From an uncultured Alphaproteobacteria bacterium (GTDB lineage: Bacteria; Pseudomonadota; Alphaproteobacteria; Methylaequorales; Methylaequoraceae): a stretch of 64,000 nt of DNA. Under the pieces are notes generated by a model. It worked only from the letters and a program-made list of their open reading frames with translations, was not told where the DNA came from and ran no database searches. Below are positions 9,132-19,537 of this stretch, piece by piece. The stretch spans positions 349-64,348 of the forward strand of contig CACIYM010000002.1 in assembly GCA_902590895.1 (NCBI GenBank), written 5' to 3'. Each line of letters opens with the position of its first letter. Within the stretch, counting starts at the first letter, position 1. Position numbers and translations under genes: made by a program.

Positions 9132-10026
9132 AATTAGCAAATATGAACTTGAAAAAAAAAGAATTGATAAGTTCAAGTCCATGCTTGTAAAAGTAAAGTA
9201 TGTGGCAAAGAATGTTATATACCTAAAGGGTTGGTCAAAAAAAAAATTAGATAAAAAAATTTACCAGATTAATTACGAAGATAAAGTTAATTTTAGATTT
9301 AAAAATTATTTAGTTAAAGTGGTTAAAGAACCAGATCCTCTAGTTTCAAAATCAAAAGAACTGAGATATAAAAGTTTTTTTAGCGATAAAAAATCAAAAT
9401 TAGATTCAGATAAATTTGATTCTTCATGTGACCATTTAGTTGTTATCGACACATCAATTGCAAATGATTTTGTTGTAGGAAGTTACAGACTATTGTTAAA
9501 ACCAAAAAACAAAGAAAAAATTAGTTTTTACAGTGAATCTGAGTTTAATTTAAACAAATTAATGAAAATCAAAGAATTATCACTTCTAGAAGCTGGAAGA
9601 TCATGTGTTCATAAAAATTATCGAGATGGAAGAATTATAAAACTTTTGTGGCGTGGGTTAGCATCCTATATAACTGATAAAAATGTTGATTTTATATTTG
9701 GTTGTGCAAGCTTTCCCTCGTCAAATTCAGAGCTATTTAGTGAAGAGCTTTCCTATTTGAGTCACAATCACAAACCTCCGAAGCACTTTAACAGTAAGCC
9801 ATTGAATCATTTACGAGCTAAATTTAATAAAGTTGATAGAAAATATTATGATAATGACACAGTTTTTAGGTCTCTCCCTCCTTTGATAAAGGCTTATATA
9901 AGAGCAGGTGCATGGATAGGTGAAGGCGCTGTATGTGATTATAACTTTAATACAACAGATGTATTGGTTATTTTAAAATCCAAGAATATCATAAAAAAAT
10001 ACTCTAACTTATCGATTAGAACTTAA
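9103..10026 (+). CDS. olsB: GNAT-type lyso-aminolipid (ornithine lipid) N-acyltransferase OlsB-like
   Basis: The hemolysin-like GNAT (ELRYKSFF..., SYRLL, EAGRSCVHKNYR) is followed directly by a PlsC-type acyltransferase. The start is ATG 9103 (29-nt overlap with fur) or ATG 9181. Confidence 0.65.
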   Translation: MVFPIKQKNKISKYELEKKRIDKFKSMLVKVKYVAKNVIYLKGWSKKKLDKKIYQINYEDKVNFRFKNYLVKVVKEPDPLVSKSKELRYKSFFSDKKSKLDSDKFDSSCDHLVVIDTSIANDFVVGSYRLLLKPKNKEKISFYSESEFNLNKLMKIKELSLLEAGRSCVHKNYRDGRIIKLLWRGLASYITDKNVDFIFGCASFPSSNSELFSEELSYLSHNHKPPKHFNSKPLNHLRAKFNKVDRKYYDNDTVFRSLPPLIKAYIRAGAWIGEGAVCDYNFNTTDVLVILKSKNIIKKYSNLSIRT

Positions 10027-10844
10027 TGTTGTATTCTCCAATTCTCTCGGTTTTAAGGATTTTACCTTTAATTTTTTGGGTTATAATTTGTTTAACGGTT
10101 CACTTTTTTAATGCTTTTGTATTTAAAAGAGATTTCTTTATCTTTTATAATCTTTTTTTTAAAGGATTAGTCAGTATTTTTGGGATCAAAGTAAAAACTT
10201 CGGGTAAAATTGATAACAAAAATATTTTATATGTTGCAAATCATATATCCTATTTAGATATTTTTATATTGGGTGCATCTGTAAAAGGAATATTTGTAGC
10301 AAAGTCGGAAATAAAAAATTGGCCATTAATCAACAAAATAGCAGCTCTTGGCAGGACGATTTTTGTCAATAGATCAAAAATTCTTTCAATTAAAAAACAG
10401 GTAAATATTTTAGAAAACTATTTAAAAAAAAAAGAAAATCTTATTTTATTTCCTGAAGGTACTTCAAGTGACGGTTCTAAAGTCTTACCATTCAAAAGCT
10501 CATTATTTAGTTTAACAGAAATTGAAAAGTTCCGAGAATACAAAATTCAACCCATATCAATCTCCTACAGCAAAATTGACGGAATGCCGGTAGAAAAAAA
10601 ATTCAGACCTTTTTTTGCATGGTTTGGAAATATGGATTTAATCTCGCACGCATGGAAATTTCTTGGATTAGGATTAAGTGAAGTTGACATCAAATTTCAT
10701 AAACCAATAAAATTCAATAACTTTAAGGATAGAAAAGAAGCTTCCAAAGTTTGTCAAAATATAATATCTGATCAAGTAAGTCTGAACTACAAAGAAATGA
10801 GCTGTGAAGATAAAATTAAACTTTATGAATTTAAGCTCTTGTAA
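10026..10844 (+). CDS. olsA: Lysophospholipid/lyso-ornithine lipid O-acyltransferase (PlsC family) OlsA-like
   Basis: HX4D motif (NHISYLD) and FPEGTSS motif. N-terminal TM segment. The start overlaps the olsB stop (TAATG). Confidence 0.7.
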   Translation: MLYSPILSVLRILPLIFWVIICLTVHFFNAFVFKRDFFIFYNLFFKGLVSIFGIKVKTSGKIDNKNILYVANHISYLDIFILGASVKGIFVAKSEIKNWPLINKIAALGRTIFVNRSKILSIKKQVNILENYLKKKENLILFPEGTSSDGSKVLPFKSSLFSLTEIEKFREYKIQPISISYSKIDGMPVEKKFRPFFAWFGNMDLISHAWKFLGLGLSEVDIKFHKPIKFNNFKDRKEASKVCQNIISDQVSLNYKEMSCEDKIKLYEFKLL

Positions 10845-10873
10845 TAAAGAAAAAATAATTTAGTTTTTAATTA

Positions 10874-12202
10874 ATGCACAAATCTTTTTTTATCAAAACT
10901 TATGGTTGTCAAATGAACAACTATGATTCAGAAAAAATCAATGACTTGTTAGTATTAAATGGTTTTGAAAAAACTGATGATATAGAAAATACAGACATAG
11001 CTATCCTAAATACTTGTCATATACGCGAAAGAGCTAGTGAAAAGCTTTATTCAGATTTGGGAAGACTTTCAATTTACAAAAAAAATAGAGAAAAATTAGG
11101 AAAAAAGCTAAGTATAGTTGTCATGGGTTGTGTTGCTCAAGCAGAAGGCGAGGAAATTATTAATAGAAATAACTCTGTTGATTATGTTGTTGGACCACAA
11201 AATATTCAAGTTATACCAACTCTTTTAAAAAAAAAAGATTTTGGGAAAGTTCATATTGATTTCTTAAGCGAAGAAAAATTTAAATCTTTAACATTTTCTC
11301 AATCTAACAAAATTTCAAGATTGATAACTGTCCAAGAGGGCTGCGATAAATTTTGTTCTTTTTGTGTTGTTCCTTATACTAGAGGAGCAGAATTTTCTAG
11401 ACCTTTAGAGGATATTTATGCCGAAATAAATGATGCCGTTGAAAAAGGATGTGCAGAAGTTACACTTTTGGGACAAAATGTAAGTTCTTATGAATCAAGC
11501 ATTTATGAAGGCAAGGAAAAAAAAGTAGAATTGGGAAATCTCTGTAACACAATTGCAAAAATTCCTAACTTGAAAAGAATTAGGTATTTAACATCACATC
11601 CAAACGATATAAATAACAATCTGATAGATGAACATGCTAATAATAAAAAAATGATGCCTTTTTTACATCTTCCAATTCAATCGGGATCAGACAAAATTCT
11701 AAAGGTAATGAATAGGAAACACACTAAAAGGGAATATATCGAACTAACAAAAAAAATTAAACTTGCGGTACCACAAATGGCTTTTTCTTCAGATTTTATA
11801 GTGGGTTATCCTGGAGAAACAGAGGAGGATTTTGAAAATACTGTAAGCCTTGTAAATGAAGTTAAATTTGCAAGTTCATATTCATTTGCATATTCTCCAA
11901 GACCTGGAACGCCCGCATCAATCCAAATAGATTTTAATAGTGAGGAAGTAAAGAAAAAAAGGCTAAACTATTTACAAAAAATTCTTAATATTCATCAAAA
12001 TAATTTTAATAAAGAGCTGCTTGACAAAGAAGTAGAAGTTTTAATAACAGATTTTGGAAAAAAAGAAGATCAATACGTAGGTAGAACACCTCATCTTCAA
12101 CCCGTTCATGTCTTTTCATCGAAAAACCTCATAGGTAGAATATTAAATATTAAGATTGAAAGATTGACCTCATTCTCATTTCATGGGAAAATCCTGAATT
12201 AG
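10874..12202 (+). CDS. miaB: tRNA-2-methylthio-N6-dimethylallyladenosine synthase MiaB
   Basis: N-terminal UPF0004 domain (TYGCQMN), radical SAM motif CDKFCSFC and a C-terminal TRAM domain. Confidence 0.93.
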   Translation: MHKSFFIKTYGCQMNNYDSEKINDLLVLNGFEKTDDIENTDIAILNTCHIRERASEKLYSDLGRLSIYKKNREKLGKKLSIVVMGCVAQAEGEEIINRNNSVDYVVGPQNIQVIPTLLKKKDFGKVHIDFLSEEKFKSLTFSQSNKISRLITVQEGCDKFCSFCVVPYTRGAEFSRPLEDIYAEINDAVEKGCAEVTLLGQNVSSYESSIYEGKEKKVELGNLCNTIAKIPNLKRIRYLTSHPNDINNNLIDEHANNKKMMPFLHLPIQSGSDKILKVMNRKHTKREYIELTKKIKLAVPQMAFSSDFIVGYPGETEEDFENTVSLVNEVKFASSYSFAYSPRPGTPASIQIDFNSEEVKKKRLNYLQKILNIHQNNFNKELLDKEVEVLITDFGKKEDQYVGRTPHLQPVHVFSSKNLIGRILNIKIERLTSFSFHGKILN

Positions 12203-12209
12203 AAGTAAT

Positions 12210-13247
12210 TTGACAAAAAAATTAAAAAAAAAAACAGAGAGTTTTTCTAAGATCATGTCATTTGACGATAACTTGGTTTTACCAATGATATTTGGAGACC
12301 AGGATAAAACCCTGAAAATATTGGAAAATGAATTCGATGTTTCTATATTTCCTAGAGGTAACCTGTTAAAAATTTCTGGCGAAGAAACTTGCGTTGTTAC
12401 AACAGCAGTTGTACTTAAAAAAATTTATGAAGAAGTTTTAAAGAATAAAGTAATAAATACTGGTGAAATTAATGCAATTATAAATATTATTAAATACAGT
12501 AGTATGAAAAAAAAAGAAGATGATATAGATCTTGTAAATTCAATTAGTTTCACAGCTGGAAGAAAGCTAATCAAACCAAGGTCAAAAAAACAGACCGAAT
12601 ACTTTAACATGGTTAAAAATAAACAAATGGTCTTTTGTTGTGGTCCAGCCGGTACAGGTAAAACTTATCTTGCAGTAGCTTTTGCTGTATCAATGTTGAA
12701 ATCAGGTGCTGTAGATAAAATTATTCTTACAAGACCAGCAGTCGAAGCAGGGGAAAGATTGGGTTTTTTACCTGGGGATATAAAAGAAAAAATAGACCCT
12801 TATTTAAGACCTATTTATGACGCATTAAACGATATGTTGTCATTTTCAGAAGTATTAAAAAAAATTGAATCAGGATTTATAGAAATTGCTCCACTTGCAT
12901 TTATGAGAGGAAGAACTTTATCTAATGCTTTTATAATATTAGATGAATCTCAGAATACAACTTCAGTTCAAATGAAAATGTTTTTGACAAGGTTAGGAGA
13001 AAATTCAAAAATGATTATAAACGGTGATTTATCACAAGTAGATTTACCTTCTGGTACTAAGTCTGGTTTAAGAGAATCAATAAAAATTTTAGATAATATT
13101 GACGATATTGGTTTCATTGAATTTGGTAATAAAGATGTTGTTAGAAACCCATTGGTGTCAAAAATTGTAAATAATTATGAGAAATTTGAAAGAAAAGAAG
13201 GAGTTGGTAAAGAGTACTTTTTGAAGTCTGTTAAAAAAAATGATTGA
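12210..13247 (+). CDS. phoH: PhoH-like ATPase (PhoH/YbeZ)
   Basis: Walker A GPAGTGKTYLAV. Conserved miaB-phoH-ybeY order. The start is TTG 12210 or ATG 12255. Confidence 0.9.
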   Translation: MTKKLKKKTESFSKIMSFDDNLVLPMIFGDQDKTLKILENEFDVSIFPRGNLLKISGEETCVVTTAVVLKKIYEEVLKNKVINTGEINAIINIIKYSSMKKKEDDIDLVNSISFTAGRKLIKPRSKKQTEYFNMVKNKQMVFCCGPAGTGKTYLAVAFAVSMLKSGAVDKIILTRPAVEAGERLGFLPGDIKEKIDPYLRPIYDALNDMLSFSEVLKKIESGFIEIAPLAFMRGRTLSNAFIILDESQNTTSVQMKMFLTRLGENSKMIINGDLSQVDLPSGTKSGLRESIKILDNIDDIGFIEFGNKDVVRNPLVSKIVNNYEKFERKEGVGKEYFLKSVKKND

Positions 13248-13701
13248 TTTATCTTTTGAGGATGTCCCAGAATTTAGAAAAGTAGAAATTACAAAACTGA
13301 TAAAAAAATCAATCAGTGTTTGTGTAAAAGAAATGCGGTATAATAAAAAATTTTATATTTCAATTTTCGTTACAAATAATGTCAACATGAAAAAAATTAA
13401 TTTAAAATACAGAAAAAAAAATAAAGTGACTAACGTCCTATCTTTTCCTCAAAATGAAAAAAGATTTTTTGGTAAATCATCAATTATAATTTTAGGTGAT
13501 ATAGTCGTTTCTTTGGAAAAAATTTATGAAGAATCACAGAGGCAAGGAAAACAGTTTTACAAACATTTATCTCATATGATTGTTCATAGCCTTTTGCATC
13601 TTTTAGGTTTTGACCACAACACAAAAAAAAACTTTGAAATTATGAAGAAAAAAGAAATTTTGATTCTTTCAAAAATGTCTATTACCTCTCCTTATAAATA
13701 A
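13240..13701 (+). CDS. ybeY: rRNA maturation endoribonuclease YbeY
   Basis: Zinc motif HSLLHLLGFDH. 8-nt overlap with phoH. Confidence 0.92.
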   Translation: MIDLSFEDVPEFRKVEITKLIKKSISVCVKEMRYNKKFYISIFVTNNVNMKKINLKYRKKNKVTNVLSFPQNEKRFFGKSSIIILGDIVVSLEKIYEESQRQGKQFYKHLSHMIVHSLLHLLGFDHNTKKNFEIMKKKEILILSKMSITSPYK

Positions 13702-14538
13702 ATGTTAAAAAATTTTACAAATAAAATAAAGTCTCTTCTTAAAATAAATGATAGAGAAAATATTAAAGATGTTTTAGAGGATTTGATTGAAGATAATGCA
13801 AATGGGCAAGACAAAATTGATGATGGAACAAAAAATATTTTTAAGAATGTAATAAATCTTAATAATAAATGTATCGAAGATGTCATGATTCCAAGAGCAG
13901 ATATTGATGCAGTTTCTGTTGAGACTACTTATAATGATCTTGTTAGCTTTATTGACAAAACCAAGCATTCAAGAATTCCTGTCTTTGATGGTAACTTAGA
14001 TAAAATTTTAGGGATGATACACATTAGAGATTTGTTTGAAAAAATTAATAAATCCAATAATAAAAGAAGCACAAAAATTTCAAAAAAAATGATTAGAACA
14101 ATTTTGTTTTCCTCGCCATCAATGAAAGTTTTAGACCTTTTATTAAAAATGAGATCAGACCAAATACATATGTCGATAGTTGTCGATGAATTTGGCGGTA
14201 CAAATGGTATTGTAACAATCGAAGATCTAGTTGAAGAGATTGTAGGAGAAATTAAGGATGAACATGATTTTGAAGAGGTTGATGTAATTAAAAAAATTTC
14301 AAAAAAAAGCTTTGAAATATCTGCGAGAATTCTTTTAGATGATTTTGAAAAAAGACTAGAAGTAAATTTGAATTTAGACGAAAAAAACGAGATAGATACA
14401 CTTGGTGGTTTTATTTTTTTTCTTTTAGGAAGAATTCCAGGTAGAGGAGAAGTAATAAATTATAAAAATAAATTAGAATTTACAATTATTGATGCAGATA
14501 CTAGAAGAATAAAAAGAGTTTTGGTTTCTTTAAAATAA
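13702..14538 (+). CDS. CBS-pair + CorC/HlyC domain protein (CorC/TlyC-like)
   Basis: Tandem CBS region (MIPRADI..., HSRIPV..., VVDEFGGTNGIVTIEDLVEEIVGEI) and a C-terminal transporter-associated domain. Confidence 0.85.
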   Translation: MLKNFTNKIKSLLKINDRENIKDVLEDLIEDNANGQDKIDDGTKNIFKNVINLNNKCIEDVMIPRADIDAVSVETTYNDLVSFIDKTKHSRIPVFDGNLDKILGMIHIRDLFEKINKSNNKRSTKISKKMIRTILFSSPSMKVLDLLLKMRSDQIHMSIVVDEFGGTNGIVTIEDLVEEIVGEIKDEHDFEEVDVIKKISKKSFEISARILLDDFEKRLEVNLNLDEKNEIDTLGGFIFFLLGRIPGRGEVINYKNKLEFTIIDADTRRIKRVLVSLK

Positions 14539-16076
14539 TGACCCTTAAAAATTTTTTTAAATTTTTGTCTCTCGGTTTAATACTAGGAATATCTCAATCC
14601 TTTTTGTTTTGTATACCCTTAATAATTTTTGTTTATTACTTATTTCTGAAGAAAGTTTACAAGATGACCTCTTACAAACATGGTTTTTTTTGTAGTTGGC
14701 TCTTTGGAACTGGTTTTTTTGTAGGTTCAATGCATTGGATGATAAGTCCTTTTTTAATTTATGAAAAACATTTTTATCTTATACCTCTTGGAGCCCTAAT
14801 TTTTCCGATTTTGATGGGAGTTTTTTTTATTTTTCCAGTTTGTCTGATTATTTTTTTTGAAAAAAACCTTCTGTTAATGAAGAACAAAATTTTTTTAAGA
14901 TCATTTGTCGTTAGTTTATTTTTTTTATTTTCTGAAATTTTAAGATCAAAATTATTCGGAGGTCTTCCATTAAATTTAACCGGACATATTTGGGCATTTA
15001 ACAGTGAATTTATACAAATAGTAAAGGTTTTTGGTATCTTTGGATTGTCTTTTTTAACCATTCTATGGATTATTTTATCGGTAAACCTTTTAATACATTT
15101 AAGGCTAAAAACATTTCTTGTTTCAATTTTTTGTTTTCCACTAATTTTAATTAGTTTTAATTTAATAAATTATGAATATAAAGAAATTAATGATGAAAAA
15201 GCTTTTCTAAGGGTCGTTCAACCTAATGTTCCTCAGAAAGAAAAATGGAATAAGGTTTTTTTTGAAAAAAACTTTGAAAAGCTGATAGCTTTAACTCTTG
15301 ATGGTAACCAACAAGAAGTAACAAAAATTGTTGTATGGCCAGAAGTTGCATTGACATTTTATCTAAATGAGGAGAAGGATTTTCTTAATTATTTAAAAAA
15401 AAAAATTCCAAAAAATGTGATTCTTATTACTGGCTCACTTAGGAGAATAATAGAGGATGGTTCAGTAAAAATTTTTAATTCTCTTTATGTAATAAAAGAA
15501 GGAAAATTTGTTTTTTATGATAAAAAAAAGCTAGTACCATTTGGTGAATTCATTCCATTCCGATCATTCTCCGAATTTTTAAAACTAACGCCTGGTTCAA
15601 CTGACTTTAGTGTTGGTAAGCAATCTAATCAAATTGAGGTGCAACTGGAGAGTAAAAAAATTATTTTCGAGCCATCGATTTGTTACGAGGCAATCTTTCA
15701 AACTTTTTCCAGTGAGAAAAATCAATTTATAATTAACATTACTAATGACGCTTGGTTTGGTAAAACCACTGGCCCTAGGCAACATCTATCTGCTCAAATA
15801 TTTAGAGCAGTTGAAAAATCAATTCCATTAGTTAGATCTGCAAATTCAGGGATTTCAGTAATAACAAATCAAAATGGTAAAATAATTAAAAGTATTGATT
15901 TAAATAAAAGTGGGTTTATTGAATTAAATTTATCGCTAAAAAGAAACAAAACATTTTTTGAAAGTTACGGGAATTTTTCTAATTTAATATTAATACTTCT
16001 TGTATTTTTTTTATTTTACTTGATAGATATTTTTTATCAATTAAAAGTAAATGTTAAGTCTAAAACATTAATATGA
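14538..16076 (+). CDS. lnt: Apolipoprotein N-acyltransferase
   Basis: N-terminal multi-TM region plus a C-terminal nitrilase-like CN-hydrolase domain (VVWPE, ICYE, NDAWFG). Confidence 0.88.
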   Translation: MTLKNFFKFLSLGLILGISQSFLFCIPLIIFVYYLFLKKVYKMTSYKHGFFCSWLFGTGFFVGSMHWMISPFLIYEKHFYLIPLGALIFPILMGVFFIFPVCLIIFFEKNLLLMKNKIFLRSFVVSLFFLFSEILRSKLFGGLPLNLTGHIWAFNSEFIQIVKVFGIFGLSFLTILWIILSVNLLIHLRLKTFLVSIFCFPLILISFNLINYEYKEINDEKAFLRVVQPNVPQKEKWNKVFFEKNFEKLIALTLDGNQQEVTKIVVWPEVALTFYLNEEKDFLNYLKKKIPKNVILITGSLRRIIEDGSVKIFNSLYVIKEGKFVFYDKKKLVPFGEFIPFRSFSEFLKLTPGSTDFSVGKQSNQIEVQLESKKIIFEPSICYEAIFQTFSSEKNQFIINITNDAWFGKTTGPRQHLSAQIFRAVEKSIPLVRSANSGISVITNQNGKIIKSIDLNKSGFIELNLSLKRNKTFFESYGNFSNLILILLVFFLFYLIDIFYQLKVNVKSKTLI

Positions 16077-17254
16077 AAAACTCTCAAGATAATTTTATTT
16101 TTACAAGTGAATCTGTTTCAGAGGGACACCCCGACAAAGTCTGTGATCAAATATCAGATGCAATTTTAGATTTATTTATGCTTCACGACAAAAACTCCAG
16201 GGTTGCCTGTGAAACTCTTGCAACCACCAATCGAGTGATCTTAGCAGGCGAGGTTAACATAAAAAAAAATAAAGCTGAGATTACTGAAGAAATAATTGAA
16301 AAAACTGTTAGAGATAAAGTTAAAGATATTGGTTATGAACAAAAGGGTTTTCATTGGAAAGATATAATTATTGAGAACCACCTTCATAATCAATCTCAAG
16401 ATATATCAATGGGTGTTGATCAAGATGAAGTTAATGAGGTTTATGGTGCAGGAGATCAAGGAATAATGTTTGGATATGCGTGTGAAGAATCAGAAAATTT
16501 AATGCCAGCACCAATATATTACTCTCATAAAATTCTGAAAGAACTATCAAATTTCAGACACACAAATGATTCTTTTTTTGGACCTGATTCCAAAAGTCAA
16601 GTAAGTGTCTTGTATGAAAACAACAAACCCAAATCTATAACCTCAATAGTTGTTTCAAGCCAGCACAATGAAAAAGCGAGTAATGAGGAGATTAGAAAAA
16701 AAATTTTAGAGTTGATTGAAAGTACTATTCCCCTTGAGATTCTTCCTGCAAAAGAAGAAATTTTAGTAAATCCCACGGGGCGTTTTGTTGTCGGAGGACC
16801 AGATGGAGATGCAGGTCTAACTGGTAGAAAAATTATTGTCGATACATACGGGGGTGCAGCCCCGCATGGGGGAGGAGCTTTCTCAGGAAAGGATTATACT
16901 AAGGTTGATAGATCTGCGGCATATATGGCTAGATATTTGGCTAAGAATATAGTTGGAAGTGGAATTACAAAAAAATGTTTAATTCAATTGTCGTATGCCA
17001 TTGGTGTAATTGAGCCTATTTCAATTTTTTTAAAAATAGATCAAAACTCTAGTATTGATCAAAGTAAGTTAATTCAAGTAATTAAAGAAAATTTTGATCT
17101 TTCACCGGCAGGTATTAAGAGATTCCTAAGTTTAGACAAACCAATATACCAGCATACTGCATCTTATGGACATTTTGGTAGAACTTTTGATAAACAAAAG
17201 GGTTTGTTTTCTTGGGAATCTGTTGAAAGTGTAGATATTTTTAAAAACCTTTAA
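16073..17254 (+). CDS. metK: S-adenosylmethionine synthetase
   Basis: SESVSEGHPDKVCDQISDA, GAGDQG and GGGAFSGKD motifs. ATGA overlap with lnt leaves no room for a riboswitch leader. Confidence 0.97.
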   Translation: MKNSQDNFIFTSESVSEGHPDKVCDQISDAILDLFMLHDKNSRVACETLATTNRVILAGEVNIKKNKAEITEEIIEKTVRDKVKDIGYEQKGFHWKDIIIENHLHNQSQDISMGVDQDEVNEVYGAGDQGIMFGYACEESENLMPAPIYYSHKILKELSNFRHTNDSFFGPDSKSQVSVLYENNKPKSITSIVVSSQHNEKASNEEIRKKILELIESTIPLEILPAKEEILVNPTGRFVVGGPDGDAGLTGRKIIVDTYGGAAPHGGGAFSGKDYTKVDRSAAYMARYLAKNIVGSGITKKCLIQLSYAIGVIEPISIFLKIDQNSSIDQSKLIQVIKENFDLSPAGIKRFLSLDKPIYQHTASYGHFGRTFDKQKGLFSWESVESVDIFKNL

Positions 17255-17913
17255 TGAAAAATTTTTATGGAAGGAAAACTCCAAGAAAAGTAAATAAATA
17301 CGAGTTAGTTAGTCTATTTGATGATGAATTTTTTTTTCATCATAAAAATATAAAAAATTTTAATAAACTTATTCTTAAAGATTCAGTTTTAAACTTAGAA
17401 ATTGGTTTTGGGTCAGGTGAGAATATTTTTAAGTCTGCAGTTAAATATAGCGATGAGTTTTTTCTCGGTTGTGATCCATATCTAAAAGGATCTTTGTCTT
17501 TAAAAAAAAAGATTAAACAATCTGGCATAAAAAATTTGATTATTACAAATTTAAGTTTTCAGGAATTTTTTAAATATATTAAAAAATATACTTTTTCTAA
17601 GATTTTAATTCTCTTCCCCGACCCATGGCCTAAAAAAAAACATATGAAACGAAGAATTATTGGTAAATCTTTTTTAAAATCTCTACACTCAATATGTAAT
17701 AAAAAGTCAAAAATCATTTTATCATCCGATGATGTAAATTATGTTGAGCAGATTTTGTACAATTTCCATATGGATAAAAATTTTGTCCTATCGACAAGTT
17801 TATTTGGAGAAAAATTAATTAATTCCTTTGATCTAGTCGAAACAAAGTATTATAAAAAAGCAAAAAAAAATAAAAAAAAAACATATTTTTTTCTTTATAA
17901 TGTTAAAACATAG
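17254..17913 (+). CDS. trmB: tRNA (guanine46-N7)-methyltransferase
   Basis: EIGFGSGE SAM motif and FPDPWPKKKHMKRR. Confidence 0.88.
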   Translation: MKNFYGRKTPRKVNKYELVSLFDDEFFFHHKNIKNFNKLILKDSVLNLEIGFGSGENIFKSAVKYSDEFFLGCDPYLKGSLSLKKKIKQSGIKNLIITNLSFQEFFKYIKKYTFSKILILFPDPWPKKKHMKRRIIGKSFLKSLHSICNKKSKIILSSDDVNYVEQILYNFHMDKNFVLSTSLFGEKLINSFDLVETKYYKKAKKNKKKTYFFLYNVKT

Positions 17914-18014
17914 GATTTAATATTTTATAATGCACTTAATTTTATGAGGGAATTGTTATGGATTGTTCATTGCGTTAGAAATTACTAATTTAACTTTTTT
18001 TGAGGATAAAAAAA

Positions 18015-19535
18015 TTGGAAAATAAAGAGACGGTTGTAAGTAATAATTTTGATATAATTGATGTAGCTAAAAGTATTGCGAAGGAAAAGGGCATAACATC
18101 AGAGGAAGTTTTAGAGGCAATGGAAACGGCTATTGCAAAAGCAGGAAGAACAAAATATGGACATGAACTCGATATAAGAGCTCATGTAAATAGAGATAAT
18201 GGATATATAGGTTTATTCAGGTATCAGGAGGTAGTAAAGGATCTAGAAAATCTTCCATCAGAAGAAAGAATTAATAAAATAAACCTCAAAGATTTACCAC
18301 AAGACAATCAAAATTTAAAAGAAGGTGAATTTCTTATAGATGAGTTACCACCATTAGATTTTGGAAGAATTGCCGTACAAACTGCTAAACAAGTCATTTA
18401 TCAAAAGGTAAAAGAAGCTGAAAAAGTTGTTCAGTTTAATGAATTTAAAGACAAGATTGGAGAAATTGTTAATGGCATTGTTAAAAGGGTAGAGTATGGA
18501 AACCTAATTGTTGATCTGGGAAAAGGTGAGGCAATACTAAGAAGAGAAGAACTCCTGAATAGAGAGATATTTAGAAGATCTGATCGGATCAGAGCATACA
18601 TCACAGAGGTCAAGTATGACCTAAAAGGGCCCCAAATCTTTCTATCAAGAGCACACAATAATTTTTTGGTACAACTTTTTCAACAAGAAGTGCCAGAAAT
18701 TTATGATGGAATCATTGAGGTAAAGTCGGTTGCAAGAGATCCTGGTAGCAGAGCAAAGATTGCGGTTTTTACAAAAGAAAAAAGTATTGATCCTGTAGGC
18801 GCTTGTGTTGGTATGAGAGGTAGTCGTGTTCAAGCTGTGGTAAATGAGCTGCAAGGAGAAAAGATTGACATTGTATTATGGTCTGAAGATATTGCTACTT
18901 TTGTTGTAAATGCACTTGGTCCAGCGGAAGTAGATAAGGTAATAATTGAGGAAGATTTGAAAAAGATTGATGTTATTGTACCTGATGAGCAGTTAAGCCT
19001 TGCTATTGGAAGAAAAGGTCAAAATGTAAGACTTGCAAGCTCTCTGTCAGGCTGGAGTATTGATATTTTGACCACAAGCCAAGAGTCGGAAAGAAGGAGT
19101 GAAGAATTTAAAAACTTATCACAAAAATTTATTGAGGTCCTCGATGTTGACGAAGTGATAGCCCACCTTTTGGTTACAGAAGGTTTTTCGTCAATCGGAG
19201 AAATTTCAATGGTGACTGCATCAGATTTAGCTTCAATTGAGGGGTTTGATGACGAACTATCAACAGAATTAATTAATAGAGCCAAAAACCATCTAGAAAA
19301 AGAAAAAGTTGATAATCTTAACATATTAAAAAAAGAAGGGATGGACGACTATTTATTGTCAAGTGATTTTTTTACGACTGGCCAACTTATGACTTTAAAA
19401 AATAACAATATAAAAACCAGAGATCAGCTAGCAGATTTATCGAGCTTTGAGTTAATGGAATTTTTGAACGATATTGATAATAAAAGAGCTGATGAAGTAA
19501 TTTTAGAATCCAGAAAACATTGGTTTGAAAAATAA
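18015..19535 (+). CDS. nusA: Transcription termination/antitermination factor NusA
   Basis: NTD, S1, two KH domains and a C-terminal HhH duplication are recognisable. There is no in-frame ATG near the N-terminus. TTG 18015 is preceded by GAGGA with an 8-nt spacer; TTG 18000 is the ORF-track start. Confidence 0.93.
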   Translation: MENKETVVSNNFDIIDVAKSIAKEKGITSEEVLEAMETAIAKAGRTKYGHELDIRAHVNRDNGYIGLFRYQEVVKDLENLPSEERINKINLKDLPQDNQNLKEGEFLIDELPPLDFGRIAVQTAKQVIYQKVKEAEKVVQFNEFKDKIGEIVNGIVKRVEYGNLIVDLGKGEAILRREELLNREIFRRSDRIRAYITEVKYDLKGPQIFLSRAHNNFLVQLFQQEVPEIYDGIIEVKSVARDPGSRAKIAVFTKEKSIDPVGACVGMRGSRVQAVVNELQGEKIDIVLWSEDIATFVVNALGPAEVDKVIIEEDLKKIDVIVPDEQLSLAIGRKGQNVRLASSLSGWSIDILTTSQESERRSEEFKNLSQKFIEVLDVDEVIAHLLVTEGFSSIGEISMVTASDLASIEGFDDELSTELINRAKNHLEKEKVDNLNILKKEGMDDYLLSSDFFTTGQLMTLKNNNIKTRDQLADLSSFELMEFLNDIDNKRADEVILESRKHWFEK

Positions 19536-19537
19536 AA

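Noticed and set aside
17944-17976. A 10-codon mini-ORF (MRELLWIVHCV) in the nusA leader as a possible leader peptide.
   Set aside because: There is no SD and no associated alternative hairpins that I can see. An ORF this short is expected by chance.
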